DNA of 64,000 nt from Longimicrobiales bacterium (GCA_965248195.1 CBDFIQ010000002.1:1696001-1760000); one strand, 5' to 3'; positions 36,387 to 48,204 are shown, counted from the stretch's first letter. Notes: a model not told the origin generated them from the letters alone. Numbers and translations are program-made.

Positions 36387-37506
36387 GTGGCGTTGAGCAA
36401 AGAAGGCCTCCACCGTTTGGACGTGATCCGCGGACGCATCTCCGACCTTCGGGGGTACCTTTGACGTCGTGGGGAAGAGTGCTCGGATCGAAGCGCTCGA
36501 CAAGGAGATGGCCGTCACAGGATTCTGGGACAATAAGGATCAGGCGCGTGAAGTCATCGCCGAATCGAATCGCCTGAAAGGCTGGGTCGAACCCTGGAGG
36601 AAACTGGACGGCAAAGCCTCCGACCTCGCCGAACTGGGAGCGCTCCTGGAAACGGAATCGGACGATGATCTCGAGGCGGAATGGCTCGCCGAGGTCGAGG
36701 AGACGGAACGCCAGGGCCAAGCGCTCGAGGTCCGGACGATGCTCCAGGGATCCGATGATCACCGGGGCGCCCTACTCACGGTTCATCCAGGCGCGGGCGG
36801 TCTCGAGTCCCAGGACTGGGCCGAGATGCTGACCCGCATGTACACACGATGGGCCGAACGCCGCGGGTACAGTGTCAGCGTGCTCGACATGCAGCCGGGA
36901 GAGGAAGCAGGGATCAAGAGCGCGACACTGGAAGTGTCGGGGGAGGACGCCTACGGCTATCTGAAGGCGGAGAAGGGTGTACACCGGCTCGTGCGTATTT
37001 CGCCCTTCGACGCGCAGTCGCGACGGCATACGTCCTTCGCGAGCGTGTTCGTGTATCCGGAGGTCGACGACGAGATCGAGATCGAAATCGACGAGTCGGA
37101 TTTACGCATCGATACGTTCCGTGCTTCCGGCGCAGGCGGCCAGCACGTGAACAAGACGGATTCGGCGATCCGGATCACTCATCTTCCCACGGGAATCGTC
37201 GTTTCTTGTCAGCAGGAGCGGTCTCAGCACAAGAATCGTGCGACCGCCATGAAGATGCTGAAAGCCGGACTCTACGAGCGGGCCCTTGAAGAACAAGAAA
37301 AAGAAAAGGCGGAGCTCGAAGCTACGAAACCGGAGATCGGCTGGGGGAATCAGATTCGGTCCTACGTCTTCCAGCCCTATACGATGGTCAGCGATCACCG
37401 GACCGAATTGAAGGTCGGCGACGTGAACAAGGTGATGGACGGTGACCTCGATCAGTTCATCGAGGCCTTTCTGAAGCTATCCGCCACGCAGAGAGCCCTG
37501 AATTGA
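36387..37506 (+). CDS. prfB: Peptide chain release factor 2, programmed +1 frameshift
   Basis: GGGGGT-AC-CTT-TGA-C at 36451-36465; SPF and GGQ motifs in the downstream frame. Confidence 0.97.
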
Positions 37507-39068
37507 CCGAGCCCTCGCGGAGGAGTGAGGCGGAGGGACTGGCGTCCGAAGAGCTCAGCCAAGTGAGGAAGCACCGCCAGGACAAGCTAAAGGCGATCCG
37601 CGAACGGGGCCTCGAGCCGTACGCGTACTCCTATGACCGGACCCATCTCGCGGTGGAGACAGTCTCGCTCTTCGAGCAGGCCGAGCAGGCCGAAGGGCTC
37701 GATGACAACGGCCACGGGGAGTGCGTTTCGGTCGCCGGACGCATCACGAGTTACCGGTCCCACGGGAAGAGCGCTTTCGCGCATATCGAGGACCGCTCAG
37801 GTCCGGTCCAGATCTATTTTCGCAAGGACGTTCTCGGGGACGAGCCCTTCGAGGCGCTGGAACTCCTCGACCTCAGCGATTGGATCGGCGTGGCGGGCGT
37901 ACTTTTTCGGACGCGCACCGGAGAGGTCACCGTACGGGTGCAGGACTGGACACTGCTTTCGAAGTCCTTGCGGCCGCTCCCTCTAGGGAAAACCGAAACG
38001 GATGAGGAGACCGGGGAACGGAGCACGTTTAGCGGGTTTACGGACAAGGAAGCCCGCTACAGGCAACGGTATGCGGATCTCGCGGTCAATCCCGAAGTCC
38101 GGGAGGTATTCCGGGCCCGCGCCAAGATCATCTCGGAGCTCCGAAGCTTTTTGGACGGCGAGGATTTTTTGGAAGTGGAGACGCCGGCCCTTCAGCCCCT
38201 GTATGGTGGGGCGGCGGCACGTCCGTTCCTCACCAAGCACAACGCCCTGGACCGGACCCTCTACCTTCGGATCGCCGACGAGCTCTACCTCAAGCGCCTC
38301 ATCGTCGGAGGCCTGGGGCGTGTTTACGAGATTTGCAAAGACTTCCGCAACGAGGGCATCGATCGTTTCCATAATCCCGAATTCACGATGCTCGAATTCT
38401 ACCAGGCCTTCATCGATTATCGGGGCTTGATGGACCTGACGGAGCGCATGTTGGCGCACGTGGTTCAGGCTGCGACGGGTTCGCTCGAAATCGTCTACCA
38501 AGGCTATGAGATCGATTTCACCGGTGCCTACGAGCGTGTGCCCATGCTGGGCAGCCTCTCCGAGGCCCTGGGAACCGACGTCAGAGAACTTTCCGCCGAC
38601 GACCTGCGAACCCATGCCCGGCGCCTGAAAGTGCCTGACCTCGAGGGCGCTGGATGGGGCAAGCTCATCGATAAACTTTTCGGGGAGCTGGTTGAGCCGA
38701 AGCTGATCCAACCCACGTTCGTGATGGACCATCCCAAGGAGCTCACGCCCCTCGCGAAGGTTCATCGCGACGACCCGGAGCTTACCGAGCGTTTCGAGCT
38801 GTTCGTGGCGGGGGAGGAAATCGCCAACGCCTTTTCTGAGTTGAACGATCCGATCGACCAGAGGCAGCGCTTCGATGCGCAGGCCAGGCTCAAGGAAGCC
38901 GGCGATGACGAGACGCATCCGATCGATGAGGATTTCGTGAGAGCCCTCGAATACGGTATGCCTCCGACCGGAGGCCTGGGCATGGGGGTCGATCGCCTCA
39001 CGATGCTACTCACGGACCAGCCCTCGATTCGCGACGTGATCCTTTTCCCCACGCTCCGGGACGAGTGA
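37503..39068 (+). CDS. lysS: Lysine--tRNA ligase (class II)
   Basis: YRQRYADL, GGAAARPF, FRNEG...HNPEFTMLE and YGMPPTGG.G.G.DRL. Confidence 0.98.
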   Translation: MTEPSRRSEAEGLASEELSQVRKHRQDKLKAIRERGLEPYAYSYDRTHLAVETVSLFEQAEQAEGLDDNGHGECVSVAGRITSYRSHGKSAFAHIEDRSGPVQIYFRKDVLGDEPFEALELLDLSDWIGVAGVLFRTRTGEVTVRVQDWTLLSKSLRPLPLGKTETDEETGERSTFSGFTDKEARYRQRYADLAVNPEVREVFRARAKIISELRSFLDGEDFLEVETPALQPLYGGAAARPFLTKHNALDRTLYLRIADELYLKRLIVGGLGRVYEICKDFRNEGIDRFHNPEFTMLEFYQAFIDYRGLMDLTERMLAHVVQAATGSLEIVYQGYEIDFTGAYERVPMLGSLSEALGTDVRELSADDLRTHARRLKVPDLEGAGWGKLIDKLFGELVEPKLIQPTFVMDHPKELTPLAKVHRDDPELTERFELFVAGEEIANAFSELNDPIDQRQRFDAQARLKEAGDDETHPIDEDFVRALEYGMPPTGGLGMGVDRLTMLLTDQPSIRDVILFPTLRDE

Positions 39069-40333
39069 TGTCCTCTCCCTCGCCGAATCGTGGATTGGAG
39101 TGGTACGTCGCACGACGGTACATGGCGTCCAGGCACCGAGGCCGCCTGTTCTCCTTCATCACCTGGATCGCGCTGGGCGGCGTCACGGTGGGTGTCAGCG
39201 CCCTTGTGGTCGTGATCGGCGTGATGACGGGGATGCAGGAAGATCTCCTGGGAAAGATCCTCGAGTCCTCTCCTCATGTGCAGGTTCTGCAGCAGGGGCG
39301 CAGCCTACGGATGGACGATTGGGAGACGGTAGCCGGTCGCGTTCGCCAGATCGAGGGCGTCGAGGCCGTCGTCCCCTGGGTCCTCACTACAGTGACCGCT
39401 CTGCGTGAGACCTATTCCCAACCCGCCGACATGTACGGAGTGCCTCTCGATCCCGGAGGGCCGCCTGTGACTGAGATGGAGGCCCGGATCCAAGCAGGGG
39501 CTCACGACCTCGGTCCCACGGCGTCGGGGCTCCCGCCCGTTCTGATGGGAAGCCGGCTCGCGGCGCGGATGCAGGTCTTCAGTGGCGACACGCTCACGCT
39601 GATCGCCTTCGAGAATCTCACCGTGGATGTGATGGGGTTGCCCTCCCCGAGCATGCGCCAGTACGAAGTAACGGGGACGTTTACGACCGGCATGTACGAA
39701 TACGACATCAAGAACATCTACGTGCCGATCGAGGCGGCGCAGGAGCAGCTGGGAATTCTGGACGGCGACCGGGTCTCCGGGCTCGGCGTGCGGGTCCACG
39801 ACATCGACGAAGCGGGGCCGGTGTCGGACCGCATCCAGGCTGAGCTGGGCTATGATTTTTTGGCGGTCAGTTGGAGTACGACCAATCGAGCCCTCTTCTC
39901 GGCGCTCGAGCTCGAGAAGCTTGCCATGGGCCTGATCCTGACGCTGATCGTCGTGGTCGCAGCCTTCAACATCGTGAGCACCCTGGTGATGGTGGTAGTG
40001 GACCGGACCCGGGAAATCGGCATCCTCAAATCCATGGGCATGACCGACCGGATGATTCGCCGGATCTTCATGATCCAGGGGCTCTCCATCGGAATCATCG
40101 GTACCACGTTGGGGACGGTGCTGGGATTGGTGCTCGCCTGGGTGTTGGACACCTTCGAGATCATCACCATTCCGGCGGAAGTGTACTTCGTCGAGACATT
40201 ACCGGTCTCGATCCACCCCACCGAAATCGCGATGATCGTGGTCGTCAGCCTTCTCATCGCCTTCCTGGCCACGATCTATCCTGCCCTGAAAGCGTCTCAG
40301 CTCCAGCCTGTCCGAGCGATCCGGCATGAATAG
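39068..40333 (+). CDS. lolC: Lipoprotein-releasing ABC transporter permease LolC/E
   Basis: ARRY...FITWIA..GVTVGV.ALVVV..VM.G; VAAFNIVSTL.M.V....REIGILKSMG. Confidence 0.92.
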   Translation: MSSPSPNRGLEWYVARRYMASRHRGRLFSFITWIALGGVTVGVSALVVVIGVMTGMQEDLLGKILESSPHVQVLQQGRSLRMDDWETVAGRVRQIEGVEAVVPWVLTTVTALRETYSQPADMYGVPLDPGGPPVTEMEARIQAGAHDLGPTASGLPPVLMGSRLAARMQVFSGDTLTLIAFENLTVDVMGLPSPSMRQYEVTGTFTTGMYEYDIKNIYVPIEAAQEQLGILDGDRVSGLGVRVHDIDEAGPVSDRIQAELGYDFLAVSWSTTNRALFSALELEKLAMGLILTLIVVVAAFNIVSTLVMVVVDRTREIGILKSMGMTDRMIRRIFMIQGLSIGIIGTTLGTVLGLVLAWVLDTFEIITIPAEVYFVETLPVSIHPTEIAMIVVVSLLIAFLATIYPALKASQLQPVRAIRHE

Positions 40334-41048
40334 GCCAGACATGGCGGTCGGGGGGCTCGCTTCCCCCGCCGTTGAGGCCCGGGAGCTACGCAAGGTGTTC
40401 GTCGGTGGAGACGGCCATGAACTCACGGTATTGGGGGGGGTAAATCTACGAGTTGATGCGGGGGAGACCGTCGCTATCGTGGGAAGTAGTGGGGCAGGGA
40501 AGTCCACCCTCTTACATTTGTTAGGTGCGCTCGATCGCCCTACCGACGGTGCCGTCTTCCTCGGAGGGCGCGACATATCGGAAGTGGACGGAGACGAACT
40601 CGCAAGGATGCGAAACCGCGGAGTGGGCTTCGTGTTCCAGTTCCATCACCTCCTGAGAGAGTTTACGGCGTTGGAGAACGTGATGATGCCTTGTTTGATC
40701 GCCGGACGGCCGCGACAGGCCTCGGAGGAGAGGGCCAGGGAACTGCTCACGGTCGTCGGACTCGATGCACGCATGTCGCACCGCCCCACACAACTTTCGG
40801 GTGGAGAACAGCAGCGTGTCGCGGTCGCACGGGCCCTTGCAGCCGAGCCGCCACTGCTTCTTGCCGATGAGCCCTCGGGCAACCTCGACACGCAGACGAG
40901 TGAGGAACTGCACGATCTCCTGTTTCGCCTCCGGGTGAGCCAGAGCTTGGGCATGGTCCTCGTGACCCACAACCGGGAGTTGGCCGGTCGAGCCGACCGG
41001 ATCCTCGAGTTGAGGGACGGCCAGCTTCACGAAGCGGTTCGAGCTTGA
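40326..41048 (+). CDS. lolD: Lipoprotein-releasing ABC transporter ATPase LolD
   Basis: [29 protein letters not shown] and ADEPSGNLD. Confidence 0.93.
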   Translation: MNRPDMAVGGLASPAVEARELRKVFVGGDGHELTVLGGVNLRVDAGETVAIVGSSGAGKSTLLHLLGALDRPTDGAVFLGGRDISEVDGDELARMRNRGVGFVFQFHHLLREFTALENVMMPCLIAGRPRQASEERARELLTVVGLDARMSHRPTQLSGGEQQRVAVARALAAEPPLLLADEPSGNLDTQTSEELHDLLFRLRVSQSLGMVLVTHNRELAGRADRILELRDGQLHEAVRA

Positions 41049-41054
41049 CGATCG

Positions 41055-41588
41055 ATGAAAGGCAAGGAACCCAAACCGACCTGCGATCAGTGCGGCGACG
41101 CCGACGCCGTCGTGCACCTCACACAGATCGAGAACAACGAGATGAAGACCTCCCATCTTTGTGAGAAGTGCGCGGCCGTCAAGGGCGTCGAGGGAGGGGA
41201 GGAGCCCACCAACTTTCCTCTGACAGGTTTCCTGGCTCAACTTGCCGACGCACCGGACTCCGAGGATCTCCCTGAAGCCCTCGGCCCATGTTCTTTCTGC
41301 GGCCTTACTTTCGAAAATTTTCGCGAGGCGGGCCGGCTCGGCTGTCCGCACTGCTACACAACCTATGAGTCCTATCTGAGAGGGCTCCTCCGGCGTGTGC
41401 ACGGAAGCACCCAACACGTGGGCAAGGTCTACCTGCCTCCGGATCCAGCCGCTTCGGAGCTAGAAAAGCAGGTAGAGGTTCTCCGCCACAAGCTCCAGCG
41501 CGCGGTGGACTCTGAGGATTTCGAGAGAGCGGCGGGGCTCCGTGACAAGATTCGGGGGATGGAGCCGGCGGGGAGCGACACACCATGA
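41055..41588 (+). CDS. mcsA: McsA (protein-arginine kinase activator; CxxC motifs + UVR domain)
   Basis: CDQC, LCEKC, CSFCG, GRLGCPHCY, HGSTQHVGK and EDFERAA.LRD. Confidence 0.92.
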   Translation: MKGKEPKPTCDQCGDADAVVHLTQIENNEMKTSHLCEKCAAVKGVEGGEEPTNFPLTGFLAQLADAPDSEDLPEALGPCSFCGLTFENFREAGRLGCPHCYTTYESYLRGLLRRVHGSTQHVGKVYLPPDPAASELEKQVEVLRHKLQRAVDSEDFERAAGLRDKIRGMEPAGSDTP

Positions 41589-42709
41589 GTGACCTTCACA
41601 CCCTTCCCAACCATGGCCTCGGATGGCTCGACGCCAGCGGAGAACATGCCGGCGTCGTGCTTTCTACTCGGATTCGACTCGCTCGAAACTTACAAGGTCA
41701 TGCGTTCGGACCGCGAGCACGGGTCAACGACCGTGAGGCAGTCCTCGAGCAGACCCGCCGAGCCAAAGCCAAGGTTGAACTCCTCGCCGGATCGACATTG
41801 CTCGAACTGCCGGATCTGGACTCTCGAAGCCGCGGGATGCTTCTCGAGCGGCGACTCGCTTCACGGGAGTTGCTCGGCGATGTGAAAACGGGTCCGTCCC
41901 GTGCCACCGCTGTGCTGCTCGCCGCCCAGGACCCGCTCAGCGTGATGGTGAACGAGGAAGATCACCTCCGCCTCCAGGGATTGGTATCCGGGCTTCGCCT
42001 CAAGGAGGCGTGGAACCTCGTCGATCGTCTGGATGAGGAGCTGGGTCAAGAACTCCCGTTCGCTTACCATCACGAGTTCGGCTTTCTGACCAGTTGCCCC
42101 ACCAACGTCGGGAGCGGGCTTCGCGCATCGGTTCTCGTGCATCTCCCGGGCTTGGTGCTCACCAAGGAAATCGGAAAGGTGCTCCAAGGCCTCGGGCAGG
42201 TGGGTCTCACCTTCCGTGGCCTTTATGGCGAAGGCTCCGAGGTGGTCGGAAATTTCTTTCAACTCTCGAACCAGACGACCCTCGGCAAGAGCGAAGAAGA
42301 GCTCATCGAACACCTCGACAAGATCGTCCGCCAGGTAATTCAGTACGAAGACCAGGCCCGCCAGGTGCTCCTGAGGGATGCGCCCCAGGTCACGGAGGAC
42401 AAGATCTGGCGTGCCTACGGGCTTCTACGATATGCCAGGTCCCTTTCCTTCGAAGAACTGATGAATTTATTGTCGGGAATTCGCCTAGGTGTCGGCCTGA
42501 AACTCCTACCGGAGCTCCGGGTATACACGCTCAACAAACTCATGATCTTCACGCAGACCGCTCATCTCGAACAGGCGGCCGAACGCGACCTTCCGCCTTC
42601 CGAGTGCGACGCACACCGGGCGGCTTATGTAAGGAGGATCTTGTCGAAAGAGGGGCCGGTGGCCCCGCGTGACGGGATCGCAGAGACCGATTCGCCGGCA
42701 GAGGGATAA
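41585..42709 (+). CDS. mcsB: Protein arginine kinase McsB
   Basis: VLSTRIRLARNL, MVNEEDHLR, GFLTSCPTNVGSGLRASV and FQLSNQTTLG. Confidence 0.95.
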   Translation: MSDLHTLPNHGLGWLDASGEHAGVVLSTRIRLARNLQGHAFGPRARVNDREAVLEQTRRAKAKVELLAGSTLLELPDLDSRSRGMLLERRLASRELLGDVKTGPSRATAVLLAAQDPLSVMVNEEDHLRLQGLVSGLRLKEAWNLVDRLDEELGQELPFAYHHEFGFLTSCPTNVGSGLRASVLVHLPGLVLTKEIGKVLQGLGQVGLTFRGLYGEGSEVVGNFFQLSNQTTLGKSEEELIEHLDKIVRQVIQYEDQARQVLLRDAPQVTEDKIWRAYGLLRYARSLSFEELMNLLSGIRLGVGLKLLPELRVYTLNKLMIFTQTAHLEQAAERDLPPSECDAHRAAYVRRILSKEGPVAPRDGIAETDSPAEG

Positions 42710-42721
42710 ACGACTCCAAGC

Positions 42722-45202
42722 ATGAACTACAACTTCACCGACCGGGTCCGAAAAGTGCTGGCGATGGCCAGGGAAGAGGCGATCCGCCTCCAGCACGACT
42801 ACGTGGGCACCGAACACATCCTCCTCGGCCTCATCCGTGAGGGCGAGGGAGTAGCGGCCGCGGTGCTCACGAACCTGAATGTCGATCTCGACCAGATTCA
42901 CGAACAGGTCGAGGAGTCGGTGAAGAAGGGGAAGGCCACGATTGCACTAGGCGAACTCCCCTACACGTCGCGTGCCAAGAAGGTGCTCGAATTCGCGATG
43001 GCCGAAGCGAGAGAGCTCAGCCACTCCTACGTCGGCACCGAGCACCTCCTTCTCGGGTTGCTGCGGGAAGAGAAGGGGATCGCGGCTCAGGTCCTCAACT
43101 CATTGGGGATCGGGATGGAAGAGGCCCGCTCGGAGACCCTCAAGGTACTCGGGTCCGACGTGGGTCCGGCGCAGCCGGCGGGGATCGGTGGGGGATCGTT
43201 CACGCCGCCCTCAGGAAAGGGGGACAAGAAATCGAAAACCCCCGCGCTCGACCACTTCTGCCGCGACCTCACAGATCTGGCGCGACAGGGGAAGCTGGAT
43301 CCCACGATCGGCCGCAGAACCGAAATCGAGCGTGTGGTGGAGATCCTCTGTCGTCGGAAGAAAAACAACCCGGTGCTGATCGGAGAGCCCGGCGTCGGCA
43401 AGACCGCCATCGTAGAGGGGCTGGCTCAACTCATCTCCCGCAACGAGGTGACGGACGCCCTCAAGGATAACAGGGTGCTGGCCCTCGATATGGCGGCGGT
43501 GATCGCAGGCACCAAGTACCGCGGTCAGTTCGAGGAACGGCTCAAAGCCGTGATGAACGAGATCTCACAGAACCAGGGCGTCGTACTCTTCATCGACGAG
43601 TTGCACACGTTGGTCGGAGCCGGTGCCGCGGAGGGCGCAATCGACGCGTCCAATATGCTCAAGCCCTCGTTGTCTCGTGGGGAACTTCAGTGTATCGGCG
43701 CGTCGACGCTCAACGAGTACAGGAAGTACATCGAGAAGGACGGCGCCCTCGAGCGTCGCTTCCAGCCCGTTATCGTAGACCCACCGTCCGTCGAAGAGAC
43801 GGTCGCAATTCTGCAGGGTCTGAAGAAGCACTACGAGGACCATCATCGGATCGTGATTCCCGACGAGCCGCTCCGACAGGCCGCGAAGCTTGCCGATCGA
43901 TACATCACCGACCGGTTCCTCCCCGACAAAGCTATCGACGTCATCGATGAAGCCGGCGCACGCGCACGCATCGCGGCGCAGGTACCGCCTCCGCAGGTCG
44001 AGGAGCTGAAGGAAGAGCTCGCCGAGATCGCGGACCGGAAGGAAGGCGCTATCCGAGACCAGGACTTCGAGCGCGCTGCTGAGCTTCGGGATCAGGAGCG
44101 CGCGCTCCAAGATCGGATCAGGTCCGAACAAGAAGAGTGGGAAGAGGAGCGTAAGCAGCACCGCCCCGAAATCGAATCCGAGGACGTGGCGTTCATCGTA
44201 GCCCGGTGGACAGGGATCCCGGTGACGAGGCTCCAGCAGGCCGAGACCGAGCGCCTGGTCTCCATGGAGGATGAGCTTCACAAGCGGGTGGTCGGCCAAA
44301 ACGATGCCATCCGAGCCATCTCGAGAGCGATTCGAAGAAGCCGTGCGGGCCTCAAGAACCCTCAGCGTCCGATCGGATCCTTTATTTTCTCAGGACCGAC
44401 GGGGGTGGGGAAGACGGAGCTCGCTCGGGCATTGGCAGAATTTCTCTTTGCCGACAGAGAGGCCCTCATCCGCGTGGATATGAGCGAATACATGGAGAAG
44501 TTCTCCGTGTCACGGCTGATCGGCGCGCCCCCCGGATATGTGGGTTACGAAGATTCCGGCGCACTTACCAAGGCGGTTCGGCGCCGTCCGTACTCGGTGG
44601 TCCTCCTCGACGAGATCGAAAAGGCGCATCCGGATGTGTTCAACATCCTGCTCCAGGTGCTGGACGAAGGGCACCTCACGGATAACTACGGCAGAGTGAT
44701 CGACTTCAAGAACACCGTCCTCATCATGACGTCCAACCTCGGAGCCAGAGAGATCTCCAAGGGTGGCAGTCTCGGATTTCACGATGGTGAACAGCAGACC
44801 TCATACGATGTGATGCAGGCCAAGGTACGCGACGAAATCGAGAGGGCGTTCAATCCGGAGTTCCTCAATCGGGTGGACGAGACCATCGTCTTCCATACCC
44901 TCGACCGCGACGAGATCGCACAGGTTGTTCACATTCTCATGAAGGAGATCGAGGAACGGCTGGCGGAAGAGGATCTCACCGTGTCGCTCTCTGAGGCTGC
45001 GATACACTTCTTGGTGGAAAAAGGATACGACGAGAAGTTCGGGGCTCGTCCCTTGCGCCGCGCGATTCAGCGTTACTTGGAGGATCCGCTCTCCGAAAAA
45101 ATCCTGACCGCCGAGTTTTCCGCAGGAGACGAGATCGTCGTGGATGTTAATGAGGACGACGAGGGCCTCACCCTCGCGGTGGCATCACAGTCCAAGACGT
45201 GA
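42722..45202 (+). CDS. clpC: ATP-dependent Clp protease ATPase ClpC
   Basis: Two Clp-N repeats; GEPGVGKT and GPTGVGKT Walker A motifs; UVR middle domain; SLGF loop. Confidence 0.97.
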   Translation: MNYNFTDRVRKVLAMAREEAIRLQHDYVGTEHILLGLIREGEGVAAAVLTNLNVDLDQIHEQVEESVKKGKATIALGELPYTSRAKKVLEFAMAEARELSHSYVGTEHLLLGLLREEKGIAAQVLNSLGIGMEEARSETLKVLGSDVGPAQPAGIGGGSFTPPSGKGDKKSKTPALDHFCRDLTDLARQGKLDPTIGRRTEIERVVEILCRRKKNNPVLIGEPGVGKTAIVEGLAQLISRNEVTDALKDNRVLALDMAAVIAGTKYRGQFEERLKAVMNEISQNQGVVLFIDELHTLVGAGAAEGAIDASNMLKPSLSRGELQCIGASTLNEYRKYIEKDGALERRFQPVIVDPPSVEETVAILQGLKKHYEDHHRIVIPDEPLRQAAKLADRYITDRFLPDKAIDVIDEAGARARIAAQVPPPQVEELKEELAEIADRKEGAIRDQDFERAAELRDQERALQDRIRSEQEEWEEERKQHRPEIESEDVAFIVARWTGIPVTRLQQAETERLVSMEDELHKRVVGQNDAIRAISRAIRRSRAGLKNPQRPIGSFIFSGPTGVGKTELARALAEFLFADREALIRVDMSEYMEKFSVSRLIGAPPGYVGYEDSGALTKAVRRRPYSVVLLDEIEKAHPDVFNILLQVLDEGHLTDNYGRVIDFKNTVLIMTSNLGAREISKGGSLGFHDGEQQTSYDVMQAKVRDEIERAFNPEFLNRVDETIVFHTLDRDEIAQVVHILMKEIEERLAEEDLTVSLSEAAIHFLVEKGYDEKFGARPLRRAIQRYLEDPLSEKILTAEFSAGDEIVVDVNEDDEGLTLAVASQSKT

Positions 45203-45218
45203 GCGGTGGCACCGAATT

Positions 45219-47648
45219 GTGGATCGATCATTCCGTTTGAATAGCGCACTCCACACCCGGGGTCGGCTGCTCGCGTTCCTGGTGATCCTCCTCCCGGCCA
45301 CCCAGGCATACGCGCAGCAATCGGGCGGTGAGGTCGAGCCCGTTGTGATCGACTCGGTGGACGTGGAAGGGAACATCCGCCAGGCCGACCTCACGATCAT
45401 CGCCTTCGGCGGCCTGAACCAGGGCTCCGCCTATACGATCTTCGACATCCAGCGGGCGACCAAAGCGATGTGGGCGACCGGGCATTTCAAAGACATTCGG
45501 GTTCGCGTCGAGGGCGATATTGGTGGCCATGTGACCCTCATCTGGGAGGTCGACGAGCAGGACCTCTTGAGAAACGTCTCCATCACCGGGTTGACCAGCG
45601 TAGATCGGGGTGAGGTCGGTGACACGACGGGCCTTACGGCCGGCTCCCCCTATTCGCCGGGCGCCGTGCTCGAGGCGATGGCGTTCATTAGGAGCCAGTT
45701 GGCCGCGGAGGGGATTCCCTTCGCGAACATCGTAGAACGTATCGAGCGCGTCCCGGATCGCGGCAAGGAGATCGTCTTGTTCCTGGACGTGGAGGAAGGT
45801 ACACGCGTCACGGTCGCCGATGTCGTGTTCAGTGGCAATGCGGTTTTCGTCGACGACGACCTGCGTGGAGCCATGTCCGTGCGGCCCGAGGGGTTCTGGT
45901 GGTGGCGCTCGGGTTCGTACGATCGAGAAAAATTCGACGAGGACCTACAGGTTGGTCTTCCGGATTATTACGCCGCCAGAGGTTATCTCGACTTCGCCGT
46001 TTTGGGAGACTCTCTGATCATCGATCCCGTGACCGGAAAAACGCGGCTCGAGATTTCGGTAGACGAGGGCCAGCAGTACCGGCTCAGGGAATTCACCATC
46101 GAGGGCAACAGCGAGTTCTCGACTGCGGAGCTCCAGCTCAACTTCCAGCGCGAACGGGGCGGCCTCTTCGGGGGTTCAGATTCGGGCGATACAGACCAGC
46201 TCCCCGTCTTCGACAACGCCAGCTTCATGGAAGCCACCGGTGAGGTAGGTCAACGCTATCAAAACGAGGGATACCTCTACTCCCGGGTCGTCCCCTTCGT
46301 AAGGAAGAACCCACTCGAGGAGGGTGAGGCGCCCACAGTGGATGTCGGTTGGGCCATTGAAGAGGGGCCGCAGGCTTATATCGGGCGCGTCAACATCGTA
46401 GGAAACGAGTACACGTATGAAAGGGTGATCCGCGACAAGATTTTCATCCTACCAGGGGATGTGTACTCGCAAGAACGGATCATCCAAAGCTTCCAGAGCA
46501 TTTCATCGTTGGGCTTTTTCGAAGTGCCGATGGAGGTGCCCGACATCGCCCCCAATCAGGACGGGGATGTGGACGTCACGTTCACGGTGACGGAAAAGCC
46601 GACCGGAGCCGTCAATTTTGGTACTTCTGTCGGGGGCGGCACGGGTGGCCTTTCCGGCTTCATCGGGTATGATCAACCGAATCTGTTCGGCAAGGGCAAG
46701 TCGGGAAGCCTGAGGTGGGATTTCGGCGAGTTCCTGAACAACCAGACCCTCACCTACGTGGACCCGGGTGTCTTCGAGTCTCTCGTCAGTGCAAGCGTCA
46801 ACCTGTTCAATGCCCGGGACCGATTCATCTCGTTCCGCTCCGGCAGAAGGAAGCGCTTGGGCGGCGATTTGCGTTTGGGCTTCTTGATCCCCGGAGCACG
46901 GTTTACCCGATTCTTTACTGGGTACGGGCTGTCACGCACCGATCTTACGCTTCAATCCGGCGGCACCGACACGTCGTTGTTCGGACGGCCGCCGGGCACG
47001 CAGAGCACCTTTTCGATAGGCCTCACGCGGGCCACGCTGAATCACCCGTTGTTTCCTACCGTCGGTTCCCGCCAGTCGGTCAACATCGCGTTCACCGGGG
47101 GCCCCCTCGGGGGGAACGGGAGATTCATCAAGTATACGGCGGACGGAAGCTGGTGGCTCCCGATCGGGGTAATGGGTGGAGATGCGGCCACCGGCTCGGG
47201 AACCATCTTCGCGCTCGGCATGACCATGCGGATGGGGGCCCTCCAAGGAAACCACGATCCGTTCCCCTTCGATGGATTCTGGATGGGTGGCGTGCAATTC
47301 GGGCAACAGCTCCGTGGGTATGATGAAACCACGGTCACCCCGCTCGGATACTTCGAGGAGCAGGCCGGGGGGATCAGGGATATCGATCGGCTCGGAAGCG
47401 CGTTCTTTTCCATGACCACCGAGATCGCCATGAGGTTGGGTGCCCAGATGTCGTTCTCGGTCTTCATGGATGCAGGAAACGTTTGGCGGAACACCGCCGA
47501 GATCGATCCGACCCAACTCTTCAGGGGAGCCGGTTTGGGCATCCAGTTGGTCACTCCGTTCGGGCCCATCGGGTTGGACTACGCCTATGGATTCGACAAA
47601 ACCACGCCGGGCTGGCAACTGCACTTCCGGCTCGGACAAGGAAACTAG
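45219..47648 (+). CDS. bamA: Outer membrane protein assembly factor BamA (start approximate)
   Basis: POTRA repeats; LRGY motif; TPFGPIGLDYAYG C-terminus. Confidence 0.95.
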   Translation: MDRSFRLNSALHTRGRLLAFLVILLPATQAYAQQSGGEVEPVVIDSVDVEGNIRQADLTIIAFGGLNQGSAYTIFDIQRATKAMWATGHFKDIRVRVEGDIGGHVTLIWEVDEQDLLRNVSITGLTSVDRGEVGDTTGLTAGSPYSPGAVLEAMAFIRSQLAAEGIPFANIVERIERVPDRGKEIVLFLDVEEGTRVTVADVVFSGNAVFVDDDLRGAMSVRPEGFWWWRSGSYDREKFDEDLQVGLPDYYAARGYLDFAVLGDSLIIDPVTGKTRLEISVDEGQQYRLREFTIEGNSEFSTAELQLNFQRERGGLFGGSDSGDTDQLPVFDNASFMEATGEVGQRYQNEGYLYSRVVPFVRKNPLEEGEAPTVDVGWAIEEGPQAYIGRVNIVGNEYTYERVIRDKIFILPGDVYSQERIIQSFQSISSLGFFEVPMEVPDIAPNQDGDVDVTFTVTEKPTGAVNFGTSVGGGTGGLSGFIGYDQPNLFGKGKSGSLRWDFGEFLNNQTLTYVDPGVFESLVSASVNLFNARDRFISFRSGRRKRLGGDLRLGFLIPGARFTRFFTGYGLSRTDLTLQSGGTDTSLFGRPPGTQSTFSIGLTRATLNHPLFPTVGSRQSVNIAFTGGPLGGNGRFIKYTADGSWWLPIGVMGGDAATGSGTIFALGMTMRMGALQGNHDPFPFDGFWMGGVQFGQQLRGYDETTVTPLGYFEEQAGGIRDIDRLGSAFFSMTTEIAMRLGAQMSFSVFMDAGNVWRNTAEIDPTQLFRGAGLGIQLVTPFGPIGLDYAYGFDKTTPGWQLHFRLGQGN

Positions 47649-47658
47649 ACGGGGAGCT

Positions 47659-48204
47659 ATGTACACAATGCGACGTGTAATTCTGATTCCCGGTTTCCTT
47701 GCCGTCCTCGGTGCCGTCCTCGCTTCTACGGCCATTCAAGCGGCGGCTCAGAGCCCGCTGAAAATCGGCTACATCAACTCCCAGGCGATCATCGCGCAGG
47801 ATCCCGCCGCGACCGCCGCCCAGGAGCAGTTCCAGCGTGAGATGGTGCCCTTCGAGAGTGAGCTGCAGGCCCTCGAGGCGGAGATCGCCGACCTTGTCAG
47901 TCGATATCAGGCCCAACAGATCACGCTCACGGCCAACGCTCGCAGGACCCGCCAGGATGAAATCGTGCAAAAGCAGCAAGGCTATCAAGAGCGCATGGCC
48001 CAGATCGAGGCAGAGGCCGCCCGCCGCCAACAGGAGTTGGTACAGCCCATCATGGAGCGGATCAACAACATCATTCAGGACATCCGCAGCGAGGGCTCCT
48101 ATACTTTCATTTTCGATGTCGCGGGCGGCGGCCTGATCGCGGCGGACGAGTCGTTCGACCTCACCGGTGAGGTCATGGAGAGGCTGGCGGCGGGAGCGCA
48201 ATAA
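47659..48204 (+). CDS. skp: Skp/OmpH periplasmic chaperone
   Basis: Signal peptide; KIGYIN; coiled coil; Y.FIFD...DLT.EV. Confidence 0.92.
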   Translation: MYTMRRVILIPGFLAVLGAVLASTAIQAAAQSPLKIGYINSQAIIAQDPAATAAQEQFQREMVPFESELQALEAEIADLVSRYQAQQITLTANARRTRQDEIVQKQQGYQERMAQIEAEAARRQQELVQPIMERINNIIQDIRSEGSYTFIFDVAGGGLIAADESFDLTGEVMERLAAGAQ

